A stretch of 63,915 nt of DNA, filler included, from Octopus bimaculoides (GCF_001194135.2; 6 parts of 5 records of this genome joined end to end with filler, not necessarily neighbours in it); one strand, 5' to 3'. Positions 22,707-36,114 are shown, counted from the whole stretch's first letter. A program made the numbers and translations. Notes: generated from the sequence alone by a model not told the origin.

Positions 22707-25420
22707 CAGAGGTGGGGAACCTGCGGCCTTCCTGGCTATCAAGTGCGGCCGTCTGCGGCCATTGATATATTTCCTTTCTTTTTTGACATTGAATATTTTT
22801 TGTCTGAAATCATTATACGCCCTAAACTTGCAATACACACACACACATATACGAAAGGAAAATTAACTGTGTTTAGTGATGTCACTCTCCGAGATTGGAA
22901 GCATTTTTCTGTGAACCTATTGAATTTAAACTCAAAGCAACAAGTATTTAAAGGTAATGTTTCCTTGTCAGCCACACCAGCCTAGTGAGAGTAAGTGATT
23001 TCACGTATGATACCCGAAAAGTTCCTGTCTCACCTTTTCATTGTGATCCGTACTACGTATTTTACTTAGTAATTGCGTAGTCGTGGCCAACTTCTTACTG
23101 CCTTGTTTTGTGAGACTGAGATAGTTATAGCCTTATTTGAAACCGTAAATCCATCAGTGCGTGCGTTAATTTTACATACTTACTTTTTATCATTGAGACT
23201 TGATAAGTGATACAGTGATCGTATTTATTGCTACTCTGTTAAGCACTGCTTCAGACAATACAGTTACTATCAATCAGCGTCCGAAACTATGTTCTTGGAA
23301 TCTTGGTCATAATATCAACAATAGTCATTATTTTGTGAGATTGGAAACCGTCGATATCTGAGGTTATTTCTGCAACAATTAGGTAATGATAAATAATAGT
23401 AGTAATTACAGAAAAAAAATATAGTTAATCTAGACGTTCAGTCTCAAATGGTAGTAACAATTGCTAAAGTCAAAACCAAAAATATGGTTTTGGATGCAAG
23501 TTTATCGTGTTTTGTCTAAGACTGTTTTATTTGGGTCAGTGTGCAGCTGGCTTTACTAATTCATTATTAAACATTTATTTTTTTATGGCTTTTCAAAATG
23601 AATACATTCCTTTTTAACCCATAATTATGTCAAAAAATTAAAACGAACTTTAAAAGAAGAAAACAGGATCTTCAATGAAGAATGGGAATTGAAATATCTT
23701 TTAGTAAATAGTGGAGGCAAAATGTCTTGCTTGTTTTATGATACTGAAATTGTAATGGTTAAGAAATTCAATGCACAGCAACACTATGCTCTTCATAAAG
23801 ATAATAAATATGCCAAAAGAGAGGGTGAGTCTCGAAAGATAGCATTGTAGAAATTGAAAGATGGAAAACAAAAGCAGAGACAATTTTTTCAATCTGTTTT
23901 GCATCAAGGAAATGCTACAACAGAAGCCAGCTATAAAGTTGCATATTTGCTTGGAAAAAAAGGTAAGCTACTCAGTGATGCAGAACTCATAAAGGAATAT
24001 ATTTTAGAAGTGGTAGGATGTATAGATCCCGATAAAGTCAACAAATATAAAGACGTGCGTCTTTCAAGAAGGACTGATACAGATCGACAGCATGAATTGG
24101 CCTGTAATGTAACAGAGCAATTGAAAAATATAATCCAACAAGAATTATTGCTCAGTAGCTTTGGATGAATCAACAGATTCCACAGATTCAGCACAAGTAT
24201 TGTATTTTATTCGTGCTATAACTGATAATTTTCAATTATATGAAGAATTATTTGCTTTAGGCACCCTTAAAAGAAGGACGCGAGAGATAGATATTTTTAA
24301 TAACTTCTAAGAGCAATGTCATAAAGTAGGCCTAAATTTTACTAATTTGGTAAGNNNNNNNNNNNNNNNNNNNNNNNNNNNNNNNNNNNNNNNNNNNNNN
24401 NNNNNNNNNNNNNNNNNNNNNNNNNNNNNNNNNNNNNNNNNNNNNNNNNNNNNNNNNNNNNNNNNNNNNNNNNNNNNNNNNNNNNNNNNNNNNNNNNNNN
24501 NNNNNNNNNNNNNNNNNNNNNNNNNNNNNNNNNNNNNNNNNNNNNNNNNNNNNNNNNNNNNNNNNNNNNNNNNNNNNNNNNNNNNNNNNNNNNNNNNNNN
24601 NNNNNNNNNNNNNNNNNNNNNNNNNNNNNNNNNNNNNNNNNNNNNNNNNNNNNNNNNNNNNAATTTCGAGACATGCTGATGATGGATGACGAAATTATTA
24701 ATGTGGATTTGTCTTATCACTCAAAAGTATGCTGGTTGTCGAAAGGTAAAGTATTGGCCAAATTTTTGTCTTTACAAAGGCAAATAATTGACTTTTTTCA
24801 AAGAAAACAACAAACATTGTGATTTATCAGATCCAAATGTTTACAGAGATGTTGCATTTTTATGTGATGTGATATCAAAACAAAATGAGTTAAACATTTC
24901 ATTGCAAGGCAAAAAATAAATGTATTTATGATATGTGACAAAAAAAGTTGGGCATTTCGAAAAAATTGCCGTTTTTCAAGTTCCTTTTGGCTCAATCAAA
25001 ACTTTCAGAAGAACACTTTCCTCAGTTTTTACGAAGGTAATGAGTGAAAATGAAGAAGATATCTATGAATCTTTTGAAGAATACGAGTCAGTTTTAGACT
25101 TATTAATAGAATATAATAAAAGATTCAATGATTTTGAAAAACATAACATCACTCTGAAACTTGCTTTTCAGCCTCAGTTGATGTATCAGAGGCTCCTGAA
25201 GAGTTACAAATGGAGCGTATTGAAATATCTGAAGATAATATCCTGAAATCTCTGTTTGACAAGAGGGAGAATCCCATCGAAACTTGGAAAAATGCGATAA
25301 AATATCTTCGTCTTCGTGAACATGCACGCCGACTAATTTCCTGCATTTCTTCAACATATTGTTGTGAATCCACATTCTCGTACTTGACGCAAATCAAGAA
25401 TTCGCTGAGAACGCAATTGA
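22707..25420 (+). mobile_element. hAT DNA transposon (Buster/SPIN/Charlie, GTF2IRD2-like), decayed, right end missing
   Basis: Left TIR CAGAGGTGGGGAACCTGCGGCC preceded by ccttagac (nnnTAnnn). Transposase remnants from ~23630: EEWELKY, LSRRT, LDESTD, YHSKVCWLSKGKVL, AFLCDV...NELNISLQG, STYCCESTFS...IK. Multiple stops, frameshifts and an internal gap. Confidence 0.9.
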
Positions 25421-25426
25421 TAGAAT

Positions 25427-26283
25427 TTTTGTCCTCTTTGTAACTTGGAGCTTTTCCATATTCTGTCCTCCAAGAATCGCCTAGTAAACCAGATAACACA
25501 GAGAGCGTATCGATGTAAGCATTGGCAGAGACATACCTTCATTTATTATCATTAATTCCATCCTTCTTACTAGTTTAAGTTTTTAGGTATTATTATTATT
25601 TTTTTTTTATTATTATTATTGTGTTTTTTTTACCAAATGTCCTCTGAATAATATCTTTTAATATAATCTTAAATAATATCTATTTCAGCTTCCATCGCCA
25701 CTTGTCTTTTATTTTCCCCTTCTATAGTCAGTTAAGTAAATCCTTCCCAGTAATGCTACATTAGTTGTGTTTGTACCATTAGTAACTTTAATTAAATATA
25801 CCCGACCTTCTCCTTGTAAGCTTGTATATTATTATTATTATTATTATTTCTCAACAAAATATCCTGTACCTTGTTTTACCATTAATTTGCGTTAATATCC
25901 GTATATTAATATATTACAAGGCTATTTATAACTCATAAGTAACCTTATCATTTCGCATTTGTCTTGCTTCTATATGTTGGTTTCCTGACGATGAATATAT
26001 GTGCAATTCCAGCACCTCTTACTTCTTTGGAGTAGAATGCACATATATTTTGAAACATATGTAGGAATTAAAGGAACTTTTGTTTATATACGTTTTGCTC
26101 CATTTATTATTACTATTATTCATATCTACTCAAAATGCATCGCATTAACTTGGTGTCTCTACCTATAAAACGGGTGTGATATCTTGTTTTTTTTGTGTGA
26201 TATTTGCTACCCATGGTAACTATTAACATATTTACATTGTCAAGGTTTTTTTAACCCGAGATAATATTAATATATACATATAT
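25427..26283 (+). mobile_element. Penelope-like element 3' end (GIY-YIG C-terminus plus presumed 3' flank)
   Basis: 25427-25540 translates to FCPLCNLELFHILSSKNRLVNQITQRAYRCKHWQRHTF, resembling the CxLCxxE..IL...LN......CRH..KF terminus of PLE endonucleases. The extent of the downstream non-coding part is a guess. Confidence 0.55.
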
Positions 26284-26315
26284 NNNNNNNNNNNNNNNNN
26301 NNNNNNNNNNNNNNN

Positions 26316-27335
26316 ATAAACCCTAACATTCAGTTTAAAATGGAATACAGCAAAGAAAAGCTCCCTTTCTTAGATAATCTGATTAAAAAATGTTAACAAC
26401 CAAATTGTAACTGACATTTATCATAAACCAATAGACTCGAAGCAATATCTTCTCTAGCTCATGCCACCCGAAACACTTCAAAAGAAATATTCCCTTTAAT
26501 TTAGCGGAAAGGGTTTGCAAAATAGTGTTTGATGGAAATACCCAAGACCTCCGTCTTCAAGACCTCAGAACAACACTAACTGAGAGGCACTATCCACCCT
26601 CACTTATAGATGATGGAAATAAACGTGCCAAGAAAATAGGCAGCAAAACACTAAGGGAAACAAAACGAAACACCACACCTCATCTCAAAATACTACAACT
26701 CTAGAAACAGTGAGGCATACAACACTATTATGCAAAATCTACCAATGCTCACTAGGGATCCAAAAATGAACAACATTCTGAAAACACATAAATTCATCAA
26801 ATGTAAAAAGCAACCAAAATCGCTGAAAAAACTTCTGACAAATGCAAAGCTTTACCACAACAACCACGAAACCAATAGTTAAAAATTGTGGACGGCCAAA
26901 CTGTGGAACATGCCCCAACCTACTGGAAGGCTCGGAATTCCAATTCAAACAAGGAGAGAGGTTCACAGTTAAGACCAGCTTCACTTGTGCATCTGAGAAT
27001 TTAATTTATGTCATAACCTGTTCGGGTTGTGGACATAACTATATAGGACAGACAAGTATTTTATGTTATAAGTTGTTCGGGTTGTGGACATAACTATATA
27101 GGACAGACAAGTATGTAACTTAGACGGAGAACAACACTACATAAGGAACAGATCCATTTTTCAAAGTATAGACAGATACCTTTGAGGGAACACAGAGAGA
27201 TGTGCAGGGAATTTCCAACCAAATTTCAGTTTTCCCCATCTACCAGTGCAAAATAACAATTTCTGTACAAGAATATTTAAATAAAGAAAATTTATTTATA
27301 GAAAAATACAGAACACGCCTAAATATGAATGCATA
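26316..27335 (+). mobile_element. Penelope-like element: RT thumb and GIY-YIG endonuclease, decayed
   Basis: INPNIQFKME...LPFLD...TDIYHKPIDSKQYL..SSCHPKH...NIP; CGRPNCGTC; NLIYVITCSGCGHNYIGQT...RRRTTLHK; ends ...KENLFIEKYRTRLNMNA*. Confidence 0.92.
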
Positions 27336-27710
27336 GCCAACTTTGGTTTCAGTATATATTTTAATTTGTGATCACATATCCATCACCGTACATATTTCAT
27401 CTCACTACTTTAACTTACGAGATGTTGCATGTTTATTTATCCCACCCCAAAAATGAGTAATTACTTCCCCTGTCCCGAGTAATAAATATCACCAATTACC
27501 TCCTTTTAGATTTTTCTACTTGCTACATTCTCAAACTTTCATACAAGAAATTGGACTAAAATTTTCTTAAGAAAATACGAAATTACAACAATTTCAATGT
27601 CATGACTAGCGAAAACGAGACCGGACGACAACCACAATACTCTTTCATTTAAAATATACTAAAGTTATGTAAACTGTGTGCATTTTCCTTCTTTTATTTT
27701 ATGTGTGTTT

Positions 27711-27749
<39 letters not shown>

Positions 27750-29245
27750 NNNNNNNNNNNNNNNNNNNNNNNNNNNNNNNNNNNNNNNNNNNNNNNNNNN
27801 NNNNNNNNNNNNNNNNNNNNNNNNNNNNNNNNNNNNNNNNNNNNNNNNNNNNNNNNNNNNNNNNNNNNNNNNNNNNNNNNNNNNNNNNNNNNNNNNNNNN
27901 NNNNNNNNNNNNNNNNNNNNNNNNNNNNNNNNNNNNNNNNNNNNNNNNNNNNNNNNNNNNNNNNNNNNNNNNNNNNNNNNNNNNNNNNNNNNNNNNNNNN
28001 NNNNNNNNNNNNNNNNNNNNNNNNNNNNNNNNNNNNNNNNNNNNNNNNNNNNNNNNNNNNNNNNNNNNNNNNNNNNNNNNNNNNNNNNNNNNNNNNNNNN
28101 NNNNNNNNNNNNNNNNNNNNNNNNNNNNNNNNNNNNNNNNNNNNNNNNNNNNNNNNNNNNNNNNNNNNNNNNNNNNNNNNNNNNNNNNNNNNNNNNNNNN
28201 NNNNNNNNNNNNNNNNNNNNNNNNNNNNNNNNNNNNNNNNNNNNNNNNNNNNNNNNNNNNNNNNNNNNNNNNNNNNNNNNNNNNNNNNNNNNNNNNNNNN
28301 NNNNNNNNNNNNNNNNNNNNNNNNNNNNNNNNNNNNNNNNNNNNNNNNNNNNNNNNNNNNNNNNNNNNNNNNNNNNNNNNNNNNNNNNNNNNNNNNNNNN
28401 NNNNNNNNNNNNNNNNNNNNNNNNNNNNNNNNNNNNNNNNNNNNNNNNNNNNNNNNNNNNNNNNNNNNNNNNNNNNNNNNNNNNNNNNNNNNNNNNNNNN
28501 NNNNNNNNNNNNNNNNNNNNNNNNNNNNNNNNNNNNNNNNNNNNNNNNNNNNNNNNNNNNNNNNNNNNNNNNNNNNNNNNNNNNNNNNNNNNNNNNNNNN
28601 NNNNNNNNNNNNNNNNNNNNNATACAAAGCTGCAAGCTGGTAGGACCGTCAGCATACCGGGTAAAATGCTTAGAGAAAGTTCAAATACCGTCGAGATCGA
28701 CATTGCCCTTTTTCCTTTTGGGAGTCGATGAAATAAGTACCAGTTGAGTACTGGAGGCGATGTAATCGACCAGCTCCCTCCCTAAGAAATTTCGAGTCTC
28801 GTAATACAGTTATATACATATATATATTATTTACTGCGGGGCTAGAGGGCGTGCGTCTGTGTATGTGTGACATTGAACTTAACGCAAATGTTTGTCCGAC
28901 ATAGTTTCATTATAGAAGTAAACGATTCGTTCTTAGGGGAGGTAACTTTTGATTACTTGTGACTTTGCGTAAGTATAAGATCAAATATTTCCACTTTTAT
29001 ACAATTCCTCGAAAGAAACCCATATATTACTTTTATCACAAACTTGAATTTATTTGACAAAATTTCGTGCTGCATCTGTGCATCTGAATTTATTTGTAAT
29101 ATAGTAAGTATTCAAATTTCTAATTTTAGCATGCCTTTCATCAACAAATGTTTTCTATTTTACTGTTTTCTGAAACTTATTTTATATAGTATTACCTCGG
29201 TTACTTCCCTTTACTGCATGCTTCGTTTATATTTGAATCGTTATA

Positions 29246-29627
29246 GTGGGGGCACAATGGCTCAGTGGTTAGAGCAGCGGACTCGCGGTCGTAGGATCGC
29301 AGTTTCGATTCTCAGACCGGGCGTTGCGAGTGCTTACTGAACGAAAACACCAAAGTTCCACAAGGCTCCCGCAGGGGCTGATGGCGAACCCTACTGCACT
29401 CCTTCACTACAACTTTCACTCTTTCTTCCTGTTTCTGTTGAACCTGTATTTCAAAGGGCCAACCTTGTCACACGCTGTGTGACGCTGAATCTCCCCGAGA
29501 ACTACGTTAAGAGTACATGTGTCTGCGGAGTACTCAGCCAGTTACACGTTAATTTCACGAGCTGACTGTTCCGTTGATCGGATTAACTGGAACCCGCGTC
29601 GTCGTAAACGACGGAGTGCCACGACGA
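29246..29627 (+). mobile_element. Full-length tRNA-derived SINE, family C
   Basis: Head GGCACAATGGCTCAGTGGTTAGAGCAGCGGACTCGCGGTCGTAGGATCGCAGTTTCGATTC with A and B boxes. Second copy with decayed head at ~55255-55615. Confidence 0.85.
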
Positions 29628-29836
29628 TGTATCTTTATAATTTTATCTTACTTGTTCAAGGGTTTTAGTCGAACAAATCCACCAGGATCTTTATTTCTTT
29701 TAAATCTGGTTCTTATTCTACTGGTTTATCTTGCCGAACTGCTAATTTACGAGGAAGTAAACAAACTGACACCGGTTGTCAAATGGTGATGAGGGACAAG
29801 CATACAAACATTATATATTATATTATTTTATATTGT

Positions 29837-29880
<44 letters not shown>

Positions 29881-30164
29881 CAGAGAGAGAGACACAGAGA
29901 GAGAGACACAGAGAGAGAGAGACAGAGAGTGAGTGTGTGTGCACGCGCGCGCGTGTAATAACAACAGAAGCAATATTAATACCAAAAGCAATCTCTATAT
30001 CCAACTTAACGTGGACGTTGTATTAAAGCACAGAATACAACGTTATTTACCTTGAGATGACCTCTCATATGGACACGTGGTACATAAAAGCACTCGTATT
30101 TATATCGTTGACAGACGGGATTAATACAGCAAAACATAGCAGGCGAATGCAATCTATCTCAGTA

Positions 30165-30386
30165 TATTTACCTCCGCTAAGGAAGTGGGTTGTGTTTTCA
30201 TTGGCGTTGGTTTGTCCGTCTGTCCGTTTGTGTGTAAAATAATTCAAAAAGTTGTGAAGAAACAGATGATGAAATTTTGGTAGTGATCCGGGAATTTTTA
30301 TGGATTCTTGAAGGATTTTTCATTTGTTATATTTACTTTACATGAAGTATTACAATGTTACGGTCTTTGATTATCTCCCTTGAAAA
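30165..30386 (+). mobile_element. Putative Helentron-associated non-autonomous element, 5' part
   Basis: tttacctccgctaaggaag...gttttcattggcgttggtttgtccgtctgtccgtttgtgtgtaaaataattcaaaaagtt resembles the start and GTCT/GTCC microsatellite of such elements. Runs into a gap. Confidence 0.5.
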
Positions 30387-31162
30387 NNNNNNNNNNNNNN
30401 NNNNNNNNNNNNNNNNNNNNNNNNNNNNNNNNNNNNNNNNNNNNNNNNNNNNNNNNNNNNNNNNNNNNNNNNNNNNNNNNNNNNNNNNNNNNNNNNNNNN
30501 NNNNNNNNNNNNNNNNNNNNNNNNNNNNNNNNNNNNNNNNNNNNNNNNNNNNNNNNNNNNNNNNNNNNNNNNNNNNNNNNNNNNNNNNNNNNNNNNNNNN
30601 NNNNNNNNNNNNNNNNNNNNNNNNNNNNNNNNNNNNNNNNNNNNNNNNNNNNNNNNNNNNNNNNNNNNNNNNNNNNNNNNNNNNNNNNNNNNNNNNNNNN
30701 NNNNNNNNNNNNNNNNNNNNNNNNNNNNNNNNNNNNNNNNNNNNNNNNNNNNNNNNNNNNNNNNNNNNNNNNNNNNNNNNNNNNNNNNNNNNNNNNNNNN
30801 NNNNNNNNNNNNNNNNNNNNNNNNNNNNNNNNNNNNNNNNNNNNNNNNNNNNNNNNNNNNNNNNNNNNNNNNNNNNNNNNNNNNNNNNNNNNNNNNNNNN
30901 NNNNNNNNNNNNNNNNNNNNNNNNNNNNNNNNNNNNNNNNNNNNACTTCGGCCGAAACTTATCTAAGTAATCTAATCTATGCTGTAACCGTTTAATCAAA
31001 GCATGACAACGTGGGTAGAGGCTGATATCTTAACATTTCTGATGGTCTTAAGTATAAAATTTTTTTTTAAGATTTATATAGAACTACATTCAGTCTATGT
31101 CTATAAGCTATTGTGTTTAGACCTGGTTTCTATCCTCAAACTGTTCCATTTTGTAGATGCAA

Positions 31163-31715
31163 AAAGAGAACACCTATGCTGAACTATTGAGAAATCTGTT
31201 GTTGCTCTATCCGGATTACAAGTTCAGGCTTATACTTGTAATTATTGGGGCCCTGGGATATGTAACACACTACCTAAATAACAATTAGGCTTCTCAAAAC
31301 CAGAAAGGAGAAAGATAATTCGAAGTCTACAGATCCAATACATCACGGGAACTGTGGAAATCTGTAAAACTTTCCAGAAGTTTATCATTTAAATATATAT
31401 ACAGAATGTCTAGATATGCAATTGTATGCATGAGAATATATACATAAAACATAAATCTGCACATACATACATACATACATACATACATACATACATTCGT
31501 ACATACATACATAATACATACATACAAACAAAAAAACCCTGTTGTTATGTTGAAATTCCAAAGAAGGAACCTTGGATCTAGGTTAGAAACCGGTTCTTTC
31601 TCTATTGGCAAGAAATCTTGAAATAAACTGAATAATGACATACATACATACATGCATACATACATACATACATACATACATACATACATGCATACATACA
31701 TACATACATACATAC
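31163..31715 (+). mobile_element. Non-LTR retrotransposon with restriction-like endonuclease (R4/NeSL-like), 3' end
   Basis: KENTYAELLRNLLLLYPDYKFRLILVIIGALGYV...LGFSKPERRKIIRSLQIQYITGTVEICKTFQKF* (to ~31392) matches the K..KY..L/GALG C-terminal pattern. Followed by a presumed 3' UTR and (TACA)n. Confidence 0.7.
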
Positions 31716-32115
31716 GTACATACCTAGTAGTTTGCCTACACTGTCAAATATGACAGCTTTTTAAAATAACATGAAACTTGTTTTTAATAAATGCATCAAC
31801 ATAACACATATTCCAAATATTTGATATAAACTGGTTACATTTTATTTATTGGCAGGCTAGAATCTCATTAAAACTCATTTACCAAGAGTAGTATATTTCG
31901 TAGCAGGAATTCCATGTACTTATATAAATATCGACAGGGCATGTTCTATATATGAAGCTGTAATAGTGAAACACACACACACACGCGCGCGCGCGCGCGC
32001 ACACGCACACACACACAACACACACACAAACACACACACACACAACACACACACAAAACACACACACAATACACACACACATACATGTGTGTGTGTGTGC
32101 GTGCGTGTGTGTTTG

Positions 32116-32154
<39 letters not shown>

Positions 32155-35147
32155 NNNNNNNNNNNNNNNNNNNNNNNNNNNNNNNNNNNNNNNNNNNNNN
32201 NNNNNNNNNNNNNNNNNNNNNNNNNNNNNNNNNNNNNNNNNNNNNNNNNNNNNNNNNNNNNNNNNNNNNNNNNNNNNNNNNNNNNNNNNNNNNNNNNNNN
32301 NNNNNNNNNNNNNNNNNNNNNNNNNNNNNNNNNNNNNNNNNNNNNNNNNNNNNNNNNNNNNNNNNNNNNNNNNNNNNNNNNNNNNNNNNNNNNNNNNNNN
32401 NNNNNNNNNNNNNNNNNNNNNNNNNNNNNNNNNNNNNNNNNNNNNNNNNNNNNNNNNNNNNNNNNNNNNNNNNNNNNNNNNNNNNNNNNNNNNNNNNNNN
32501 NNNNNNNNNNNNNNNNNNNNNNNNNNNNNNNNNNNNNNNNNNNNNNNNNNNNNNNNNNNNNNNNNNNNNNNNNNNNNNNNNNNNNNNNNNNNNNNNNNNN
32601 NNNNNNNNNNNNNNNNNNNNNNNNNNNNNNNNNNNNNNNNNNNNNNNNNNNNNNNNNNNNNNNNNNNNNNNNNNNNNNNNNNNNNNNNNNNNNNNNNNNN
32701 NNNNNNNNNNNNNNNNNNNCCTACACGATGCTCTTCCGATCTATACAAATTTTATTCAATATACGTCCACCACATATTTTTCCATTGGTTGATATAAATG
32801 AATTTTCCTATACATGGCATATATATAGTGTACGGCACATATATAGTGTACGGCACATCATGCATTACTGAATATAATTTGGACGTCCTTCAAATCAAAT
32901 TTGTGTCTGTGAGTGAGTGCGTAGTAGGAATTCCATGTACAAATGTGGAAACCTGTATCTCACCACTGAGCCTGCTAGAAATAGCTGCCATATCTTCCCC
33001 AATCGTCTTATAATTCTTATTTCTTTACTGCCCACAAGGGGCTACACACAGAGGGAACAAACAAGGACAGACAAACGGATTAAGTCGATTATATCGACCC
33101 CAGAGAGTAACTGGAACTTATTAAATCGACCCCGAAAGGATGAAACACAAAGTCGACCTCGGCGGAATTTGAACTCAGAACGTTGCGGCAGACGAAATAC
33201 CGCTAAGCATTTCGCTCGGCGTGCTAACGTTTCTGCCAGCTCCCCGCCAATCGTCTTATAATTCTGCCATCTTAAATATCTGTGACTTCAGTGGAAGTTG
33301 ATATCTCAGATGTATTAAATGTCTTAGACGCACTAAAAGGTGAGGCGGCCACGGATGGAATGTCTTTGTTCGAAAATGTTCTGGAACTGCACTGACCAGG
33401 GTCGAAGCAACAGCAACAACAACCACAAAAAGTGTTACCAACTCGTCGTAATAAGAACCTCTATGTAGTCTACTAATCTGCTAGAAAGAGCAACCAAATC
33501 ATACCTCCCTGATATACAAGAAAAAAGATGCGATGGTGACGGCGGAATGGCTTTAATCATAGATCTCTTCAAGCATGGCTGACTTTCGGGTAAACAACAA
33601 CTCTTTACTGAATTAATATTGAGCCAACGAAATAATCTCTATATGGTCGTTTAACAAGCTAGANNNNNNNNNNNNNNNNNNNNNNNNNNNNNNNNNNNNN
33701 NNNNNNNTTAATTAATTAANNNNNNNNNNNNNNNNNNNNNNNNNNNNNNNNNNNNNNNNNNNNTACGTTATTTAATGCTTGACTTTAAAAGAATCATTAT
33801 TATTGTTGTTATTACATTATTCCGGGGCTTACAGCAATAGTGTCTTGTTTATTTTGTATTTTTTACTTAAATAAATCTAATCCTTATGCTCAAAATTAAT
33901 CTAATCCTTATTCAATTAATATTTTTTAATTAGCCCATGTTAATCTTGAAACAAATCCATGACTAATGAAACTTTTAATCAATCATCAGGTTCCTGTATT
34001 GGATGTCCTTGTTAATTCCTAATATCCTTTTTCTTTTTCTGTCCCTTAAACCTTAGTAAACCCATAAACTAATATAAATCGTATACTAATTTTTATTCAC
34101 ATTATAAAAATAAAGCTTAAATTTTATGTGTCTTCTAAATAGTATTATTATATATATCAGCTAAAATTTAAAACATTTTTTAAAAAATAATTCAAAATAA
34201 TTTTTCATGAACCCAATATACTTAATATCCTTAGACTTTACACCTTATCTATAGCCTCTGAATTCAATACTGACATTACTTCATGCTTTTTATTTTATTA
34301 GCATACCTCTTATTGTAAAAATATTGGTTAAACTAATATTGATATCTGTAAAACAATACTGATGCTCTATTCAAACTAAAGAAAAAGCCCTGTTTGACCT
34401 ATATACCTAGGGTTTAATTCCTCAACATTTTGATAGTAGTGAAAAAAACCCAACCTATAAGAGTGTTCCCACTCTGACCAGAGAATCCTTTATAACCATA
34501 TCTTTTATAGCCTTGTCCATGCATAGTGCTTACACCTTCCCTTTCCTTAGAAGTGATTGTCCCTCATACTATTNNNNNNNNNNNNNNNNNNNNNNNNNNN
34601 NNNNNNNNNNNNNNNNNNNNNNNNNNNNNNNNNNNNNNNNNNNNNNNNNNNNNNNNNNNNNNNNNNNNNNNNNNNNNNNNNNNNNNNNNNNNNNNNNNNN
34701 NNNNNNNNNNNNNNNNNNNNNNNNNNNNNNNNNNNNNNNNNNNNNNNNNNNNNNNNNNNNNNNNNNNNNNNNNNNNNNNNNNNNNNNNNNNNNNNNNNNN
34801 NNNNNNNNNNNNNNNNNNNNNNNNNNNNNNNNNNNNNNNNNNNNNNNNNNNNNNNNNNNNNNNNNNNNNNNNNNNNNNNNNNNNNNNNNNNNNNNNNNNN
34901 NNNNNNNNNNNNNNNNNNNNNNNNNNNNNNNNNNNNNNNNNNNNNNNNNNNNNNNNNNNNNNNNNNNNNNNNNNNNNNNNNNNNNNNNNNNNNNNNNNNN
35001 NNNNNNNNNNNNNNNNNNNNNNNNNNNNNNNNNNNNNNNNNNNNNNNNNNNNNNNNNNNNNNNNNNNNNNNNNNNNNNNNNNNNNNNNNNNNNNNNNNNN
35101 NNNNNNNNNNNNNNNNNNNNNNNNNNNNNNNNNNNNNNNNNNNNNNN

Positions 35148-35219
<72 letters not shown>

Positions 35220-36114
35220 TTATATATATGTATGTATGTATGTATATTTACATACATATATATAGTTGAAATTTATAGAAAAACAAAAGACGAAGACGAA
35301 GACAGGTGTATAAACAGTAAATAGGTGTATTAGTTTAACACTCAGGAAGGTGAGATAGTCTTTACGTTTCGAACCTATGCTCTTACATATAAATATGGAG
35401 TTGGGGTGCGTGTGTGCGTGCATGCGCGTGTCTTTCTGTGTCTCCCACTGCTTGACGTCCGGTTTGGGTTTGTTTATGCTTCAGTTCGGCAAAAGAGACC
35501 GATAGAATAAATATCAGCGTTTAAAAAAATAAAATCAGAAGTTGACTTGTTCGACCAAACCCTTCAAGGCAGTGTTCCAATATGACCGCAGTTCAATGAC
35601 TGAAGCAAGTAAACTATAAAAGATATATGTACACAGAAATACATAAATTGCGTCAAGTTCCTGTGAACAGAATGTGAAACCTCAGAGCAAAACTGGCAGA
35701 ATTAAGCTAAAAATATTGCAGACACAGATAAGCACACACACACACAAACACACACACACGCACACACACACATACGCACGCACGCACGCACACACACACA
35801 CACACGTACACACACACATCCAGTTAGACTAGGTATCTTTTAATGCAAACAGCTTAAAATATTTCACATCAAGAATCTTTTATGATGTTTTGGAACAGAT
35901 TTTGTATTTTGGGAGTTAGTTAAGTGAAACAGAAACAGTGCGCGTGTTTATTATTAGTACAGTGACGCTCCCAAGATGCAAGTAAAAGTATGGAATACAA
36001 TTTCACATAATTCCGTACCGTTATATATAGTGGGACATCAAATAATTAGCCTCCCTCATTATACATAATTTACACGATTCTTTCGATTTCAGAATAGCTG
36101 TTACGTCCTGCACT

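Noticed and set aside
29246-29320. Possible tRNA gene
   Set aside because: The tRNA-like head continues into a SINE body present in several copies, lacks a proper acceptor stem and terminator, and so is a SINE.
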